Assembly (NCBI GenBank): GCA_013115145.1
Contig: JAAPAO010000209.1
Location: 1-52,443 of the forward strand
Reading direction: 5' to 3'
DNA length: 52,443 nt
Source of the DNA: Perkinsus chesapeaki ATCC PRA-425
Taxonomy: Eukaryota; Protista; Perkinsozoa
Below the pieces are notes generated by a model. The model saw nothing but the letters and a program-made list of their open reading frames with translations, was not told the DNA's origin and did no database searches. This document shows, in pieces, positions 23,601 to 36,100 of the stretch (position 1 is the first letter of the stretch; every line of letters starts with the position of its first letter). A program made the position numbers and the translations under genes.

Positions 23601-26600
23601 GCTGCTGAACCTCTGCATCTTAGGCTGTGACGACTACTACTACAACCACAACCACGACGACCACTGCTCCGACGACAACGACAACTACCGAGAGAGTGAG
23701 TTGGTGTGTTACTCATTACCACTATCGGTTTCCTACAGTCCTTCTTTGGGAGCTGCCAAGAGGTGATGCCGATGTCGAACTCGAAGCTGATGCCACAGCA
23801 AATCGCTCACTTCGCATTCGAGAACCGTGGCCTTTCGGTGAGTCCGTCGCTGTTGTCTAGCACAATTGCCCGTCTCGCTTCCAATTGGCGCAGGAGAGCT
23901 CTTAAGTTTGAAGCACTTTTCACGTACACACGCCCTTATATTACAACATTGATGTCTTTCAGGTCTTACCGTGGGGAACTAAGGAAGGCCGAGGTCACAT
24001 GATGAGCTGTGATCCGGTCCGTGCGCCTCCTACAAAGCAGAAGGATGGTCGCTACAGAGTGTCAGCCAGCTGCTACTCAGCGGCATCGGCCTCTTCAAGA
24101 GCTCATGCTGAGAGCGAAGAGGAGGGCATCGTTTGTGGCTCGTATTGGGATGCACAACTCCTTGCTGTTATGTGGGGGGGTTATGAAGCTGTAAGTGATG
24201 GGAAATGTTGCTCAGAGCTATCAGTCCACTGCATAGCAGCTCATCGGCTTTTAATCTTGAGAATTCTGCGATGGATGCCGCGTTCTGAAATATAGTGTCG
24301 AGGAAACCACGCGCTCCTACACGTGGCTCTGTAAGGCAGCGTCGAGTCTTCTTCCTCTTAGCAAGCGCCTCCAACAGAACCGCCGCCAACTACGACAACT
24401 ACAACGACCAAGGCTCCTCGAGTCCACAAGCAGCAGTCTGCCTGGTGGATGGTGCACACTTCTGGCGGGTACACGTGGAACCACCCGCCCACGGTGAGGC
24501 TCTGATAAGTCAGAGGGCTGGTCAGCGGCATACTGCATCCTTTCAGCCGAAACCGACCACAACAACTACCACTACCACCACAACGACTACTACTCGCAAG
24601 CCCAGGGTGAGCGAAACCGAGCTGTCTGTCAGCGTTTGGACGGTGTGCATCAGACGAGGTACCGCACTTGCGAAGCCATGCGTCCGGATTGGGCCAAAGG
24701 TGACCAGCTTGACGAACTTGTTGACATCGTACCGCAAGGGCGGCAACTCCAGGTGGGATATCCTGCCTTGTAAGATAGCTGATGCCCGTTCGACAGGTGC
24801 GCCCGTACCTCGCTAAAGGGCTGCTCTCACTTACATGCGACCAAGTGACGGAGTTACCCACTGAAGATGAAGACGATCAATGGTCGGTGCCGGTGAAGTG
24901 TGGAGACTTGGAAGGTGCAGCGCGCAGATGGCTGCTGCCCCCTGAAAGTTTCCGTATCGATGTCGATAGGTCAAGGATTCATCAGCCAGGGTAGAATACG
25001 GTGTGCCTCCTATTACGACGCTCAGCTTCTGGTTATGCAGTGGGGTGGATACACACCGGTGAGCCTCACTACGTAGCCTCTGCGACGTGATAGTCTTTCG
25101 CCAGCCTACTACGACCACAACGACGACGACGACCACTACCACGACGACCACCACAACTACTACAACGGCAGCCAGAGTTCACCAGCGCTCTTGGGGCTAC
25201 TACTTCTCAGGATACGGCTCTCACTCTCAGGCAGTTGTAGGGCTCTTAATGTTGGTGTTATAATGCTACTCGACTGTGTTAGGCGCCACAGACCACTACG
25301 ACCACCACAACAACGACGACTACAACCACGGCAAGAGCTCAGCAGCAGCAGCAGTCGTGGTATAAATACTTCTCATCAGGATACTGGTCCCACTCTCAGC
25401 AATCTGTAGGCCAACTCTAGGGCGTGCATCGGTGTTATCCTTATGGTAGGCTCCTCAAACCACGACCACCACTACTACAACGACAACCACAACGACCACT
25501 GCTGCTCCGACAAAGGTATCTGCTAAACAAAGGTTCACTGAGTTGACGGGTTTGCTTCAGGGCCGCTTCGGTAGCTGTGTAACGCTGCAGCAGGGGCGAG
25601 AAGTGGCGATGAGTAGATCGTACGAATCTTTAGTGGATGCGCTACCATCAGCTCGAGAGCTTATGGTAAATCCTGATAGGAGTGGTACGCAGCTTATATC
25701 TCTACGCCAGGTTATGCCGAGAGGCGCTCATTATGCCCGCTCGATGTTCTGTGATAGAGTACGGCGCAAACCGACGTCATGGCAAGGACAATGGTACGTT
25801 CCCGTGAACTGCCAAGATGAGAAGCGTAACGCCTCAGCTGATTGGACCTACACCATTTTGTTGTGCGCAGATCCTGAGAACTCGGGCGACAGCAACGTCG
25901 TGTGTGGTTCGTACTGGGAGGCTGAAATGTTTGCCATTCTGTGGGGTGGCTACAAGCCGGTGAGATGAAGAGCAATTTCCGGCCAAAAACGATGGTCTTG
26001 TAGGGTCGTTCAAAATTCACTTGACAAGATAAATTCCTCGCCGCGTTTCGTACTCTTGCTTCTTCGAGGGGATGAATAACCCTCTGGCGACCGCGTCAGA
26101 AATTTCAGAGGCTTCGCTCGAGATTTCCATGATCCTTTCTATGCTAAGTTGTGCGCACATGAGGGGGAAATTTTCCAAAACGCATGTAGTTGCTTTGCCT
26201 CAGGAATTGCCACCAACGACAACAACTACCACAACCACGACCACCGCTCCTACTACCACAACAACCCAGGCTCCGACCAATAACGTGGGATGGTGGGGAG
26301 GATTCAGGCAATACCTCTGGAAGGTAGGCGAGCAATGGCTCCTTCCGTGTGATGCAAGTGATTCATTTCAGGCCTCAAGCTGGTCCGAGTCCACTTCAAA
26401 TGAGAAGGAAGCTCCGAAACCATTGCCGACTGCTCCGTCGGTCACTGCTAGACAGCAGGTGAGCGGCCAGTATCAGGCGCCGGGGGGCGATCTACTCTGG
26501 CAGACCCGTTTTCCGAGCTGCACAGCTGCCCGGAGAGAATTCGCGCCGCAGGGTGAAATGGACGAGGTCGTTGAGCTCTCGAGCGACGAAAGGAAGACTG

Positions 26601-28508
26601 TTACTGTAAGCAGGTTCTTCAGAGGATCTGAGTTGCTATCATTTTTTCATCAGCTGACACCCTATGGCTTCCCGGGCTCTGTTCAATTGTCTTGTGATGG
26701 CGTCGATGCCGGACCGAGCGAGTGGGAGAAGAGCGGCAAATGGCAGGTTAAGACGAACTGCCAAGATGAGAAGGGTGCGGGGCTTCCATGGAGCTCAAGG
26801 GGATCAGTAGCCATCGTAGGTTTGGATACCCCCACTGCCTACCGAATAGTCTGCGGCACCTACTGGGATGCACAATTCCTCTCAATCTTATGGGGAGGGT
26901 ATCAACCGGTGAGCACAGCGATCTGCTCACGGCAGCTGGGAAAGACTTTTGCGTTCACGTGCAGGCTGAAATGCCAGCAATGCCTCCCACGCCGCCAGTC
27001 GCTGACACACCGTCGGCCCAGCAGGGGTCTTCTTCCAGCCATGGCGGAATGTTCCACTTCAGTTGGAGTGGCTTCTCTTCGGTAAACAGAGGTTGACGAC
27101 CTCCTATCATATCGATGCTCGCTCAGGAATCTCAGACCACTACAACAACGACGACCACACCGCCCCCGCCAGCTCCAACAGCCGCGCCTGTGCCGAGTAG
27201 CTCCAGCGGTGGTTGGTTCCATTTCGCTCAATGGGGTGCCTCGGTAGGCGTCTGCCTAGTATAGCAGTACCGTGGTGATTTAATTTGCTTCTCTCAGTCC
27301 TCAAGCTCAAGCAGCGGTGGAGATCATCACATTATGACTGCACCGCCGGACGAGGCTATGGTAAGATACAATAACCAGCCGGCGTTCCTATGGGCATGTC
27401 CTCCATAGGTCCCCTTCGGCAGCTGTTCACAGCTGCAGCGGGAGACCAGCCCCGGTGTGCCTGACCAGCTCCTCGACGTTAAGACTGCTGGAAGGCTGCT
27501 TACAGTACGATCGAGGATGCTACGCGGCGTCAATAACTTTCTTTCAGATTCGAGCCGCCCATGAACAGTCGCAGCTCCTAAGGCGGTTGACGTGCGACGC
27601 TGTGAACTCGAGTCCGGTACAGAACAGAGGAGGAGATGGCACATGGAGAGTCCGTGTTGGCTGCCACGAGAACTTCGGTGAGAGCTGCGTGTATGCGTTG
27701 ATCGGGATGTACGTTCGATTTCAAGGTGCATCAAATGTTATCAAAGGAAGCATCGTTTGCAGCAGCTTCTGGGACGCCCAAATGCTGTCCGTCTTGTGGG
27801 GTGGTTTCAGCCCCAGACCAGTAAGGCATCCGCAACCGAGCGCTCTCTCCCATCGCTATGGCTTCAGGTACTCCCTCCAGCCAATCTCCCAGTGCAAGGT
27901 GAGTAGCTCTTATCTGCGATATTAATGTACTTCTCTGACCAGGTGCTTCTGGTCTCCTCCCTCACTACCTCAATATCCGAATCACCAGGCTGGGCTCGGC
28001 GGTGGTGAATCGTATCGGCGTCGTAGAGCCTAGCGAAGAAGAGCGTGTGAACTGGCATGAGATGCATCTTCTCTATGACAGTCTGAGGTGAGGAGGTTGT
28101 CCGGCTTCTGCCACCCAAGAGAAAGATTAGGGCGCTCCTTATGCTTGCTGGACAGGTCGGGAGAGAAGAACATCTGGGGAGAGACGCTTGATGGCAAGAA
28201 AATTAACATCATGTTCGACGAGCCGGGGATGGCAGAGCTTCTTATGAGGCAGCTCTCTGGACGAGTCCGCGAGGTAAGATGGCTTGAAGAGAGCCGCGGC
28301 ACCTACGAGAGCGTTTCAGGTTACCACCGATATCACCCGCTTCGCCAAGTCACTTGGTACAAGGGCTGCCTCCAATGGCCGACGGTCACCGGTGCCCACT
28401 CAGAGCCACGGAGAAAGGCGGAATGGTAAGGAAGACCGCTCATTTTTCCTACGGCTTACGCTGTACTGTGTCAGGCTGGAGCGTGAAAAGGGTCACGAAG
28501 ATAAGTAG
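17650..28508 (+). CDS. Cluster gene B: very large predicted secreted mucin-like protein (2 WG modules, acidic stalk, 7 WGG modules with Thr stalks, C-terminal shared domain); could be two genes
   Basis: Signal MLMSPGLRALLLIAASLARG. In-frame spliced exons were traced by eye across most of the span. 3' end approximate; spans an N-gap. Confidence 0.55.
20731..20889 (+). repeat. Coding tandem repeat, 4 x DEEE(EE)GMTQDAD (33-39 bp units)
   Basis: Repeated gaggagggcatgacgcaagatgc(c/t)gat. Confidence 0.95.
22648..22740. other. Assembly gap (N run)
   Basis: Ns in the sequence. Confidence 1.
22741..22892. repeat. 19-bp minisatellite (gatatgtgttgatagaaat) x8, running into the gap; intronic
   Basis: Eight identical units with no spacers. 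Confidence 0.97.
23466..27165 (+). repeat. Multiple (ACN)n poly-Thr coding tracts (~23466, 23627, 24380, 24555, 25108, 25290, 25460, 26215, 27135)
   Basis: acn-rich runs inside short exons. They read as poly-Val on the opposite strand. Confidence 0.9.
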
Positions 28509-28988
28509 AAAGTGATTGCTGTCAAAATCGTCCAGTATATTGCAATGCCAGCGGTTGCAAGTAGCCTGGCCAGTTGTCAGTTGTTCGGATGTATTCCTGG
28601 TGTCCCATGTTGTACGGTCATATCTAGATGTGCTTACATACACTGGCATTGGGTTGGTTAAGGGAACCGAAGTATACAGCGGTTTCTATGCTCTCGTTCG
28701 GGCAGCGCATTCTGGCAAAAACACTGTACTTTATCTCTATCTCCACGAGGTCCGAATTCCCGTCGGGAAATGTCCAAGTCGAGTTCGCAATATACCCGCA
28801 CCGGGTTCATTGCGATGACCGACTTTAAGCCGATACGAGAACCCGGAAAACTCAATAAGCCCGAAAACGGAGATATATATTACCACTCAGACGAAGGTTA
28901 ATCGTTGAGGCTCCAGGGATGATTTTTCTTCGTACAGGCTTACGCTATATGATGACCTCGTTATTAAGCTTTGTTTGTTGTCTATATA

Positions 28989-31900
28989 ATGCACTGTTGG
29001 CTATTAGCCATCGCCCTTCCCATAGTAGGAGGTAGCGATGATGTTTACGAGGCGGTGAGCTAACAATCCTCAATGCCAAAATCGCTGTTATTTTTCGGTT
29101 CAGAAACCAATGGAGGAGAAGCTTTCCAATGCTATGTGGGGCGCTCTGCTGGGGCCGGACGGGCATCTCAATGTAGGAATATTCATGCTGCTAGGTTATC
29201 GTCATTGCCAGGCTCTTGAACCTACCAATCTCGACAACGGAGAAGCGTCCGCTCCGACCAGCAGCCCTCTGAGCCCGGAGGAGATCGCTGAGGAGCTAGC
29301 ACTTCCTGCAGACCAGACTGATGAGGCCATGCAGCAGACGACTACAAGCACACCGCAGCCTGCTGTACCAGAGACGACATCAACGACTGCGGCCCCTACT
29401 AGTGGAGATAAGACCGTGCCTCAGGTGAGCGGTGCCCCAGCTATGAGATTCAATGATTGTCCTCATGGCAGGACCTTGAAGCCTTCGTGACATCTCTCGG
29501 CCCTGCGGAGCTCCGCGTGAAAGTTGTCCTCTTTACCGCTAGGGTGGGCAGCACAGAATTTGTAGAATTCTTTCTCACTGGGATTCTCAGGACTGCAAGT
29601 CGTGCGAGGCTCTCCAGGATATTCGAGATGAGGCTGACAGGTTGTTTTCAGACGAGTAAGGATCGATCATGCCTCGTAGGCAACTTCTGGACTCTTCTAG
29701 GTCGGCGGACTTTATGCCAGTTTCATGGGAGTCACTGTACTGCGAAGATCACTCTCTCAACCAGCCAGGTGGGCAAGCCCATTCCAACTTCTCCGGTATA
29801 TTCCTCTGCTAACGCGAAGTCGTCACGTCTTCTTGGTTTCCCCATCCTTTACCTATTCGGAAGGGTGCCGGAGTCCAGGATGAAATCATCAAACACGCGG
29901 CTTCAGGTCCCGACAAAGCATTTTGCGATGCCGCCAACGTAACCACCTTACCGGAGCTCCGCCTCTTCGTCGTTGATGAGGAAAACCAACACGTTACGCT
30001 GGCTGCGAAGTAGCTAATGAAGCGGCCATCAGCCGCCACTGTTTCGGATCAGGTTCGACACTACCAAGCCAACTGCAGCGCAGCTCCGAGACTTTGTACG
30101 TCAACGAGCGGTGAGCCCGGGGATCAGCTTGACACTGAGGAGGAGCGACTCCTTGGCTAGGCGATTCCCGATAAGATCGAAACGTGCAAGAAGATAGTTC
30201 ACCCTGTGGATGGCAAGCAGGAGCTGGTGATGACGCAAGCACAGCAGGGATGGATTTGGGTAGGACCTGCCGAGGTGATGCGATGTGGCTAGTGCTGTAC
30301 TCAGTACCGTGGTGAAGGGAGCGAAGAGAAAGATCTGATAGCCGAGAAATGCAACGGAGGCGGCGCGGTAGAGCTAGATGGAGACCCGCCCAGTTTGCTG
30401 GTCACATGCAAGGCCGGGGAGGTCACCGTGACCTGTGATAGCAAGGAAGATGCGGACAGAATGCAGCAGCTACTCAACGATGCGGTAGGTTTATGAGGCT
30501 GTGAATCCGGGCAGTTGTCATTTATAGGCACCAATGAGCACGTCGGCGGCTTCAACAACGGAGTCTATGCTACCGACCAGCACCACTGGCGCGCCTGTTG
30601 TTGAAGAGAGCCCGGATGCTCAAGCCGACGATACCACGGAGCGGGAGGGAGAGCCGGCTGCTGATGATGAGGATGAGATGGCCGAAACGCCGGATAGCAG
30701 CTCAGAGGCGGAGGCGTCGACGAACGGACAGAAGGAAGAGGGTTCGGTAGAGAAGGAGGCTTCGGAAGGAGATAGCAGCGAGGCTACCAGTGACGAGCAT
30801 GCTGATCCGCCCGAGGAGACAGAGGATTCGGCTACAGCACAGGATGAATCGACGGCAACTCCGGAGAGTGAGACAGAGAGCCTCGGGAGCGTCGATGATA
30901 GCACGGGAGAAGATATGTCCGTGCTGGAAGGACCAATCACGACGGAGAGCGCAGAGGGTGCCGATGGGGAGATTCCTGAGGAGGGACGGACAGAGAGCCG
31001 GGGAGAGTTTCCCACTGTGGGCGAGGATGGTGTTGATGATGAGATATCCGAGCCGTCGAATAATACAGACGAAGATATCCAAGAGAAAAACGATCAGACT
31101 ACACCCGACGCTCAGGAGACTGAAGTGAGCGGAAGCGAAGAGAAAACCGATGATAGCAATCTCGAAAATACATTAGGAGTGGTGTCGCCACATGAGCCAG
31201 CAGAGAGTGATGAGAAGAGTACGAATGAAGATATGACCGCGCCCGACATTGAAGAAGCTGATACACCGTCTGCGGAAGAGATGCAGTCAGCCGAGGATGC
31301 AATGACTGGCCTTAAAGAGCTTGAAAGTTCATTCTTACCACCAGATCTTCCTACGGATCTTTCACAACCCAATGAAGCCATTCAAGACGATTCTCGTGAC
31401 AATACTGCTCTCGGAGAGGCAGCTGGATCGGATGGAGAGAAGTCCGCTGTTACTGTGCTTGATGAGGGCGGCGTGCCCGTGCCACCGGCTGACGATTTCG
31501 TTTTAACGAATGCAGAAGAGCCTAGCGAAACGGTGCCAGAGCCTATTACCGATGCTGTCATACCGGGAGAGAGACCCGTCGGCTATCCAGATGCTCCGCA
31601 AAGCAGCGAAGAACCTGACGATGTTTCCGGGGGAGCTCCATCTGAGAATAATTTGGTAGAGGATGCGCCTCGTCTTCAGACTGAGGAGATAGACTGGCGG
31701 CCAGACCTCCCGGACGTGCCAGATTTTTTGGATCACCGTACTGAGCACGAAGAGTTACCGATCGTGAGATATACAGTTTGCTCTTTCATTCGTGTTAAAG
31801 TGATGCGTATCAGGTTACCGAAGACGAAGATGAAGCTGCCGATGATGATGATGATCAGCCTTTGAACCCATCGGACAATCCACTGAGCGAGCTGGGGGCC

Positions 31901-33124
31901 ACCGACGAACCAACGAGACTTCATTCCGGACTCGATCCTGTAGAGGATGTGAAGAATGCGACAACTGATGATTCCGGAGATTCTGAGGACAAAGATGATG
32001 ATGATGAAGGTGATGGTGATGGTAAGACTAGCTGATGATGTGAAGTTAGCCGATGAGTTCACAGTAGGTGGCGATGATGAGGAGATTTCAGTGGACGACT
32101 CTGATGAAGATGAAAACGACGACGAGATGCCAGTTCTTAACTTTGATAAGGAGGATGAGGAGATCTCCAAACAGAGCACTGAGGAGGATGATAAAGACGT
32201 GGCACCGGCATCTGATATTGACGAGAATGGCGACGATGATGAGATCGATGGAGGTGCCGATAATGGTGACGAGGACAGAGGCGCACATTCGTCAAACGAA
32301 GAGAATGCTAAAAGGCTCCAAGGAGCCCGGACCCTTCGAGGAGTGATACCCACCGACGATCCCACTCCACCAGGATCGCAATTTTCATCGTTCACGTTCA
32401 CGTCTCACACATGGTCATCAAACGACCCTTGGCATGGTGAGCTGAAATGCTAACAATCAAGCGGGGTAATGGATACCTGATCAGGCACACTACCACCGAT
32501 CCTACCCGGTGAAGTCGGTGGCGCGCCGAAGATGATATTCTCAAATCCTTCCTCGGATGAACGTAACCACTCCACGGAGGTAAGCCGGACATGCGAATAG
32601 CTACCCACCGCTATAGCGGTTTTTACTGCATCATTGAAATCTGCACTATAGAAGCGAACATGCTTGGTATACACCACGCTCTTCACATACAGCCTGTCTG
32701 AGCGGTATCTCTCTAGGAGCACCTGAGAGTAGTCTCTCTGTCTAGCAGACGGGTGCACTGTTCTGAGGTTCCCCGCAGAAATGCAATCTAAAACGGTCTG
32801 AGTCCCCGAGCTGCTTGCTCTCAGGTTAAGATCTTGGCCGATACCATGCGCATAGTCCTCCAGCACGTGGGGGCATCAATCGTCGGAGAGGACATCTCGG
32901 GGAACAGTGTCGTCATTTACTTCCCCACGGATGATGCCGCACATGAGGGTTTCGGCCTTCTGAGCTCTCGCATCCGCAACGTAGGTTCTCGTAAAATGAA
33001 GCTTCTACGGCACTTGGTTGTTTTCCACTTCAGACGGAATTCTATCGAGATGGATAACAAGTCTTACTATCTCAAGAAGTACACCATTGCGGAAGCCTTT
33101 TTATCTTTTATTAACTTTTACTAA
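28989..33124 (+). CDS. Cluster gene D: predicted secreted acidic low-complexity protein with a Cys module and the shared C-terminal domain
   Basis: Signal MHCWLLAIALPIVG. 443-codon E/D-rich ORF at 30534-31865. Module end VTCDSKEDADRMQQLL. C-terminal IVGEDISGNSVVIYFPTDDAAHEGFGLL. Confidence 0.6.
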
Positions 33125-33191
33125 CTGGCTTGAGCTTCATCTTTCCATCAGTTGCTTTACCACTGTCTGCTTACATGTTGATGTCGCGCGG

Positions 33192-36100
33192 ATGAATGTA
33201 TCCACCATAGCTGTTCAGTTCTCAATGCCTTGCACGGCGGGATTTCAGCTGTTGGTGTTGTTAAGCTATGCTCCGCTCGTATACCCCATTCCTTATCTTC
33301 ATTGCTGCTATAACAAGAGGGGAGGTAAGAGTGTGGCAAGATGCTGGCTGCTCTAGGCTTCTTTCCTAGTATCTATTATAGACAGTCTCTGAGTGCCGGG
33401 TGTGAGTTTACTTATCTGCATCTGTAGGGATACTGTGATCTAATTAATACTGTATAATATATTATAAGTACGTACGTTAAGGAGGATTATAGAATGTGCC
33501 AGGCTTCATCAGGGGCTCTCATATAGCATTAAAGAAACGTGGAAACGACCACCGGCCTCCCGCAGCTTAGCAGACGGCTGAGGAGCATGCCTTTCTTTTC
33601 AGACTAGAAGTCACCCCGATGGTGATCTTGGCCCAGCTGTTGCAGACATCCCAGGCATGCCGGAGATACCTAATCTCAATTTTGGACAGGATATCAATTT
33701 GCCGGAGGCCAAGCCGATGCCTCCTGTTGAAGCCGGGCCACAGCCGTCAGGACAATCTCTCCCTACATTCACTGACGCTGCTGCGCCAGCGGTTAGCCGT
33801 CTGTCTAGCGGTGTGGAGGAAGATGAGGTATGTCCAACGAGCCAAACAAAACTCCAACCGCCGCCGCATCTGTGATCTTCACGTCATTCCCAGGCGCAAA
33901 GCACCGGTCCCTCTGCACCACGAGAAGAGTTCCCAGTGATGGATACGAACCCCACAGCTTCTACCGACCACTCGGTAAGCTCCAAGCCGCATATCACACT
34001 AATGCTTCACCTAATTATTAGGTCCCTTCTGAAGCTGAAAAGCAACAGTCGTACGACGCCATGGCACGTAATGAAGTTGACGAGTTGGCCCCAGAGCCCC
34101 CGACTGACGAGGAGGAGATGATGAGCTACTCGGTTGGAGAACCTGCACACGCATCTTCTGATGTTGCTCAAGAGCTGGTGAGCGAAGATCATCTTGAGTT
34201 CCGTTTTCGCTCGTAGCTGCCCGCGTTTCATTGCTAATGCGGCATTAGCAATGCCGTACATTGCATTGTTGCAATTGTTGCCGTAGCATTAACAATTGAT
34301 GTCATTAATAATGCCTATACTTTTAGGCTCCCGAGCAGGAATTTGAAACACCCGAGGTGGACCCTGCCCAGGTGAGTTACCGGGGCACGTCGCGATCTGT
34401 CTGATACATCTTCTAAGACTTTTAAGCGGCTTTGGCGCAGTAGGTAGCGCGTAGGTCTCATAATCCTAAGGTCGCGAGTTCGATCCTCGCAGGCCGCATT
34501 TATCCCAACGTGCTTTCTACTTCAGAAGCACGTTGCTAACCCCATTCCGTGCACGGACGAAACACCTGTCTCGGATGATGAACAAGCTGGCCAGGTTGCG
34601 GAGAGCTCTTCTAATGACGAGGAGGGCACCGTCGCTGACGAGACCGTCAACCCTGTAGTTCCCGACGACCCGGATGCAGAGGACGAATCCGATCATATGG
34701 AGAGTGAAGACTCGACCGAAGATGACGATGCACTGATGGATAGCGATGACGTTGAGGGAAAGGACAATGGGAATGAAAGCTCAGCTAGCAGTGCTAACGA
34801 TGAAAACGAGAGTTCGCCTGACGATGAAAGCGCGGCTGATAGCAATGAGGAGACAACGGCCGATAACGACGATGAGAGCGCGGCTGATAGCAATGAGGAG
34901 ACAACGGCCGATAACGACGATGAGAGCGCGGTTGCACACGACGGAGAAAGCTCTACTGAAGACGAGGAGGAAAGGCCCACTGATGAAGGCGAAGAGACTG
35001 AGGAAGACAAAACCGAAGCTGGGTCGCTGCCTAAGGTGAGTTGGGCTGGTTAACAGTGTCAATAAATCAATAATGTTAGGCTGACCAAAAGGCTGTACTC
35101 TCTGTTTGCCCATTCGTATCGATTGATCACGGTGAGCTTGAGCTCGCCAGCAAGATCGAGCCGGCTTTCAAAAGAATCGAGGTAGGCATAGCGAACATAC
35201 TACGGTTAGCATAGCGTTCCCTTCCTAGGTGGAAAACCAAACCTTGCTGTTCTGCGGGAATGCGCACGCGAACTCGGTGGCCGTGTCTGGCTACAGTGCC
35301 GTAGCGATGATGTGTTCCAAGGACGCCGAGTCGGATCAAGAACTTAAGGTTGCTGTGCTCTGCAGAGAAAAAGAGTTCGCCGAGTCACTCATTGCTGGAT
35401 GGAACTGGGACACTGATGAGGTACCGAAATCTACACCTGCATGCTGCCGATGAGGGTGTTCTGTCCCAGGTGAGCTCAGACGGTGAGAGCGACGCAGCTG
35501 ATGCATCTGAAGAAGATGACGAGGAAGCAATCGAGAAGGCTGAAGACGACTCGGCCGACGAGGATGGTGATGAGGCAACAGGAGAAGCACAACCCCAAGA
35601 TAACGATGATGAGCAGCCAACAAGCGACGGTTCAGACACCGTGCAAGAAAATAGCGCGGCAGAACCCCAGATGACAACTGTGAGTGCTACTCCAGGCGGC
35701 CGAGGTAAAGTGCAATGTTTCAGGCTGAAATCCTTGAACACTGCCCGGCAGTGTCCTTTGAGGGGCATCCCTATTCGAAGATATCCACTTTCTGGGACGG
35801 CGGCGTCATGGTGAGATTATTCTTGCTTTCAACGCGTCCAGAGAAGTTAATGCAGATCCCTCACGTCGCCAGTGAAGGAGATAAGCAAGCCTCTGACAAG
35901 ATCGAGTGCGCGGGAGCCAAGTCTCGCCACGAATCTGGCGCCCGCTACCCCGAGGTTTCGGCGCTCTGCCGGGAGCCCGGCTCGGAGGGTGCATTCGATA
36001 CCTGGGTCAGCCTCAAATGCTTCAACAAGGAGGCGGCCAACACCGTTGCGCGCAAGTGGAACACCTACTCGGTAATTCCAATTTATACTCAGTTGAAGTA

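Noticed and set aside
23358-25154. Poly-Val 'transmembrane' ORFs on the minus strand
   Set aside because: Reverse complements of the poly-Thr tracts.
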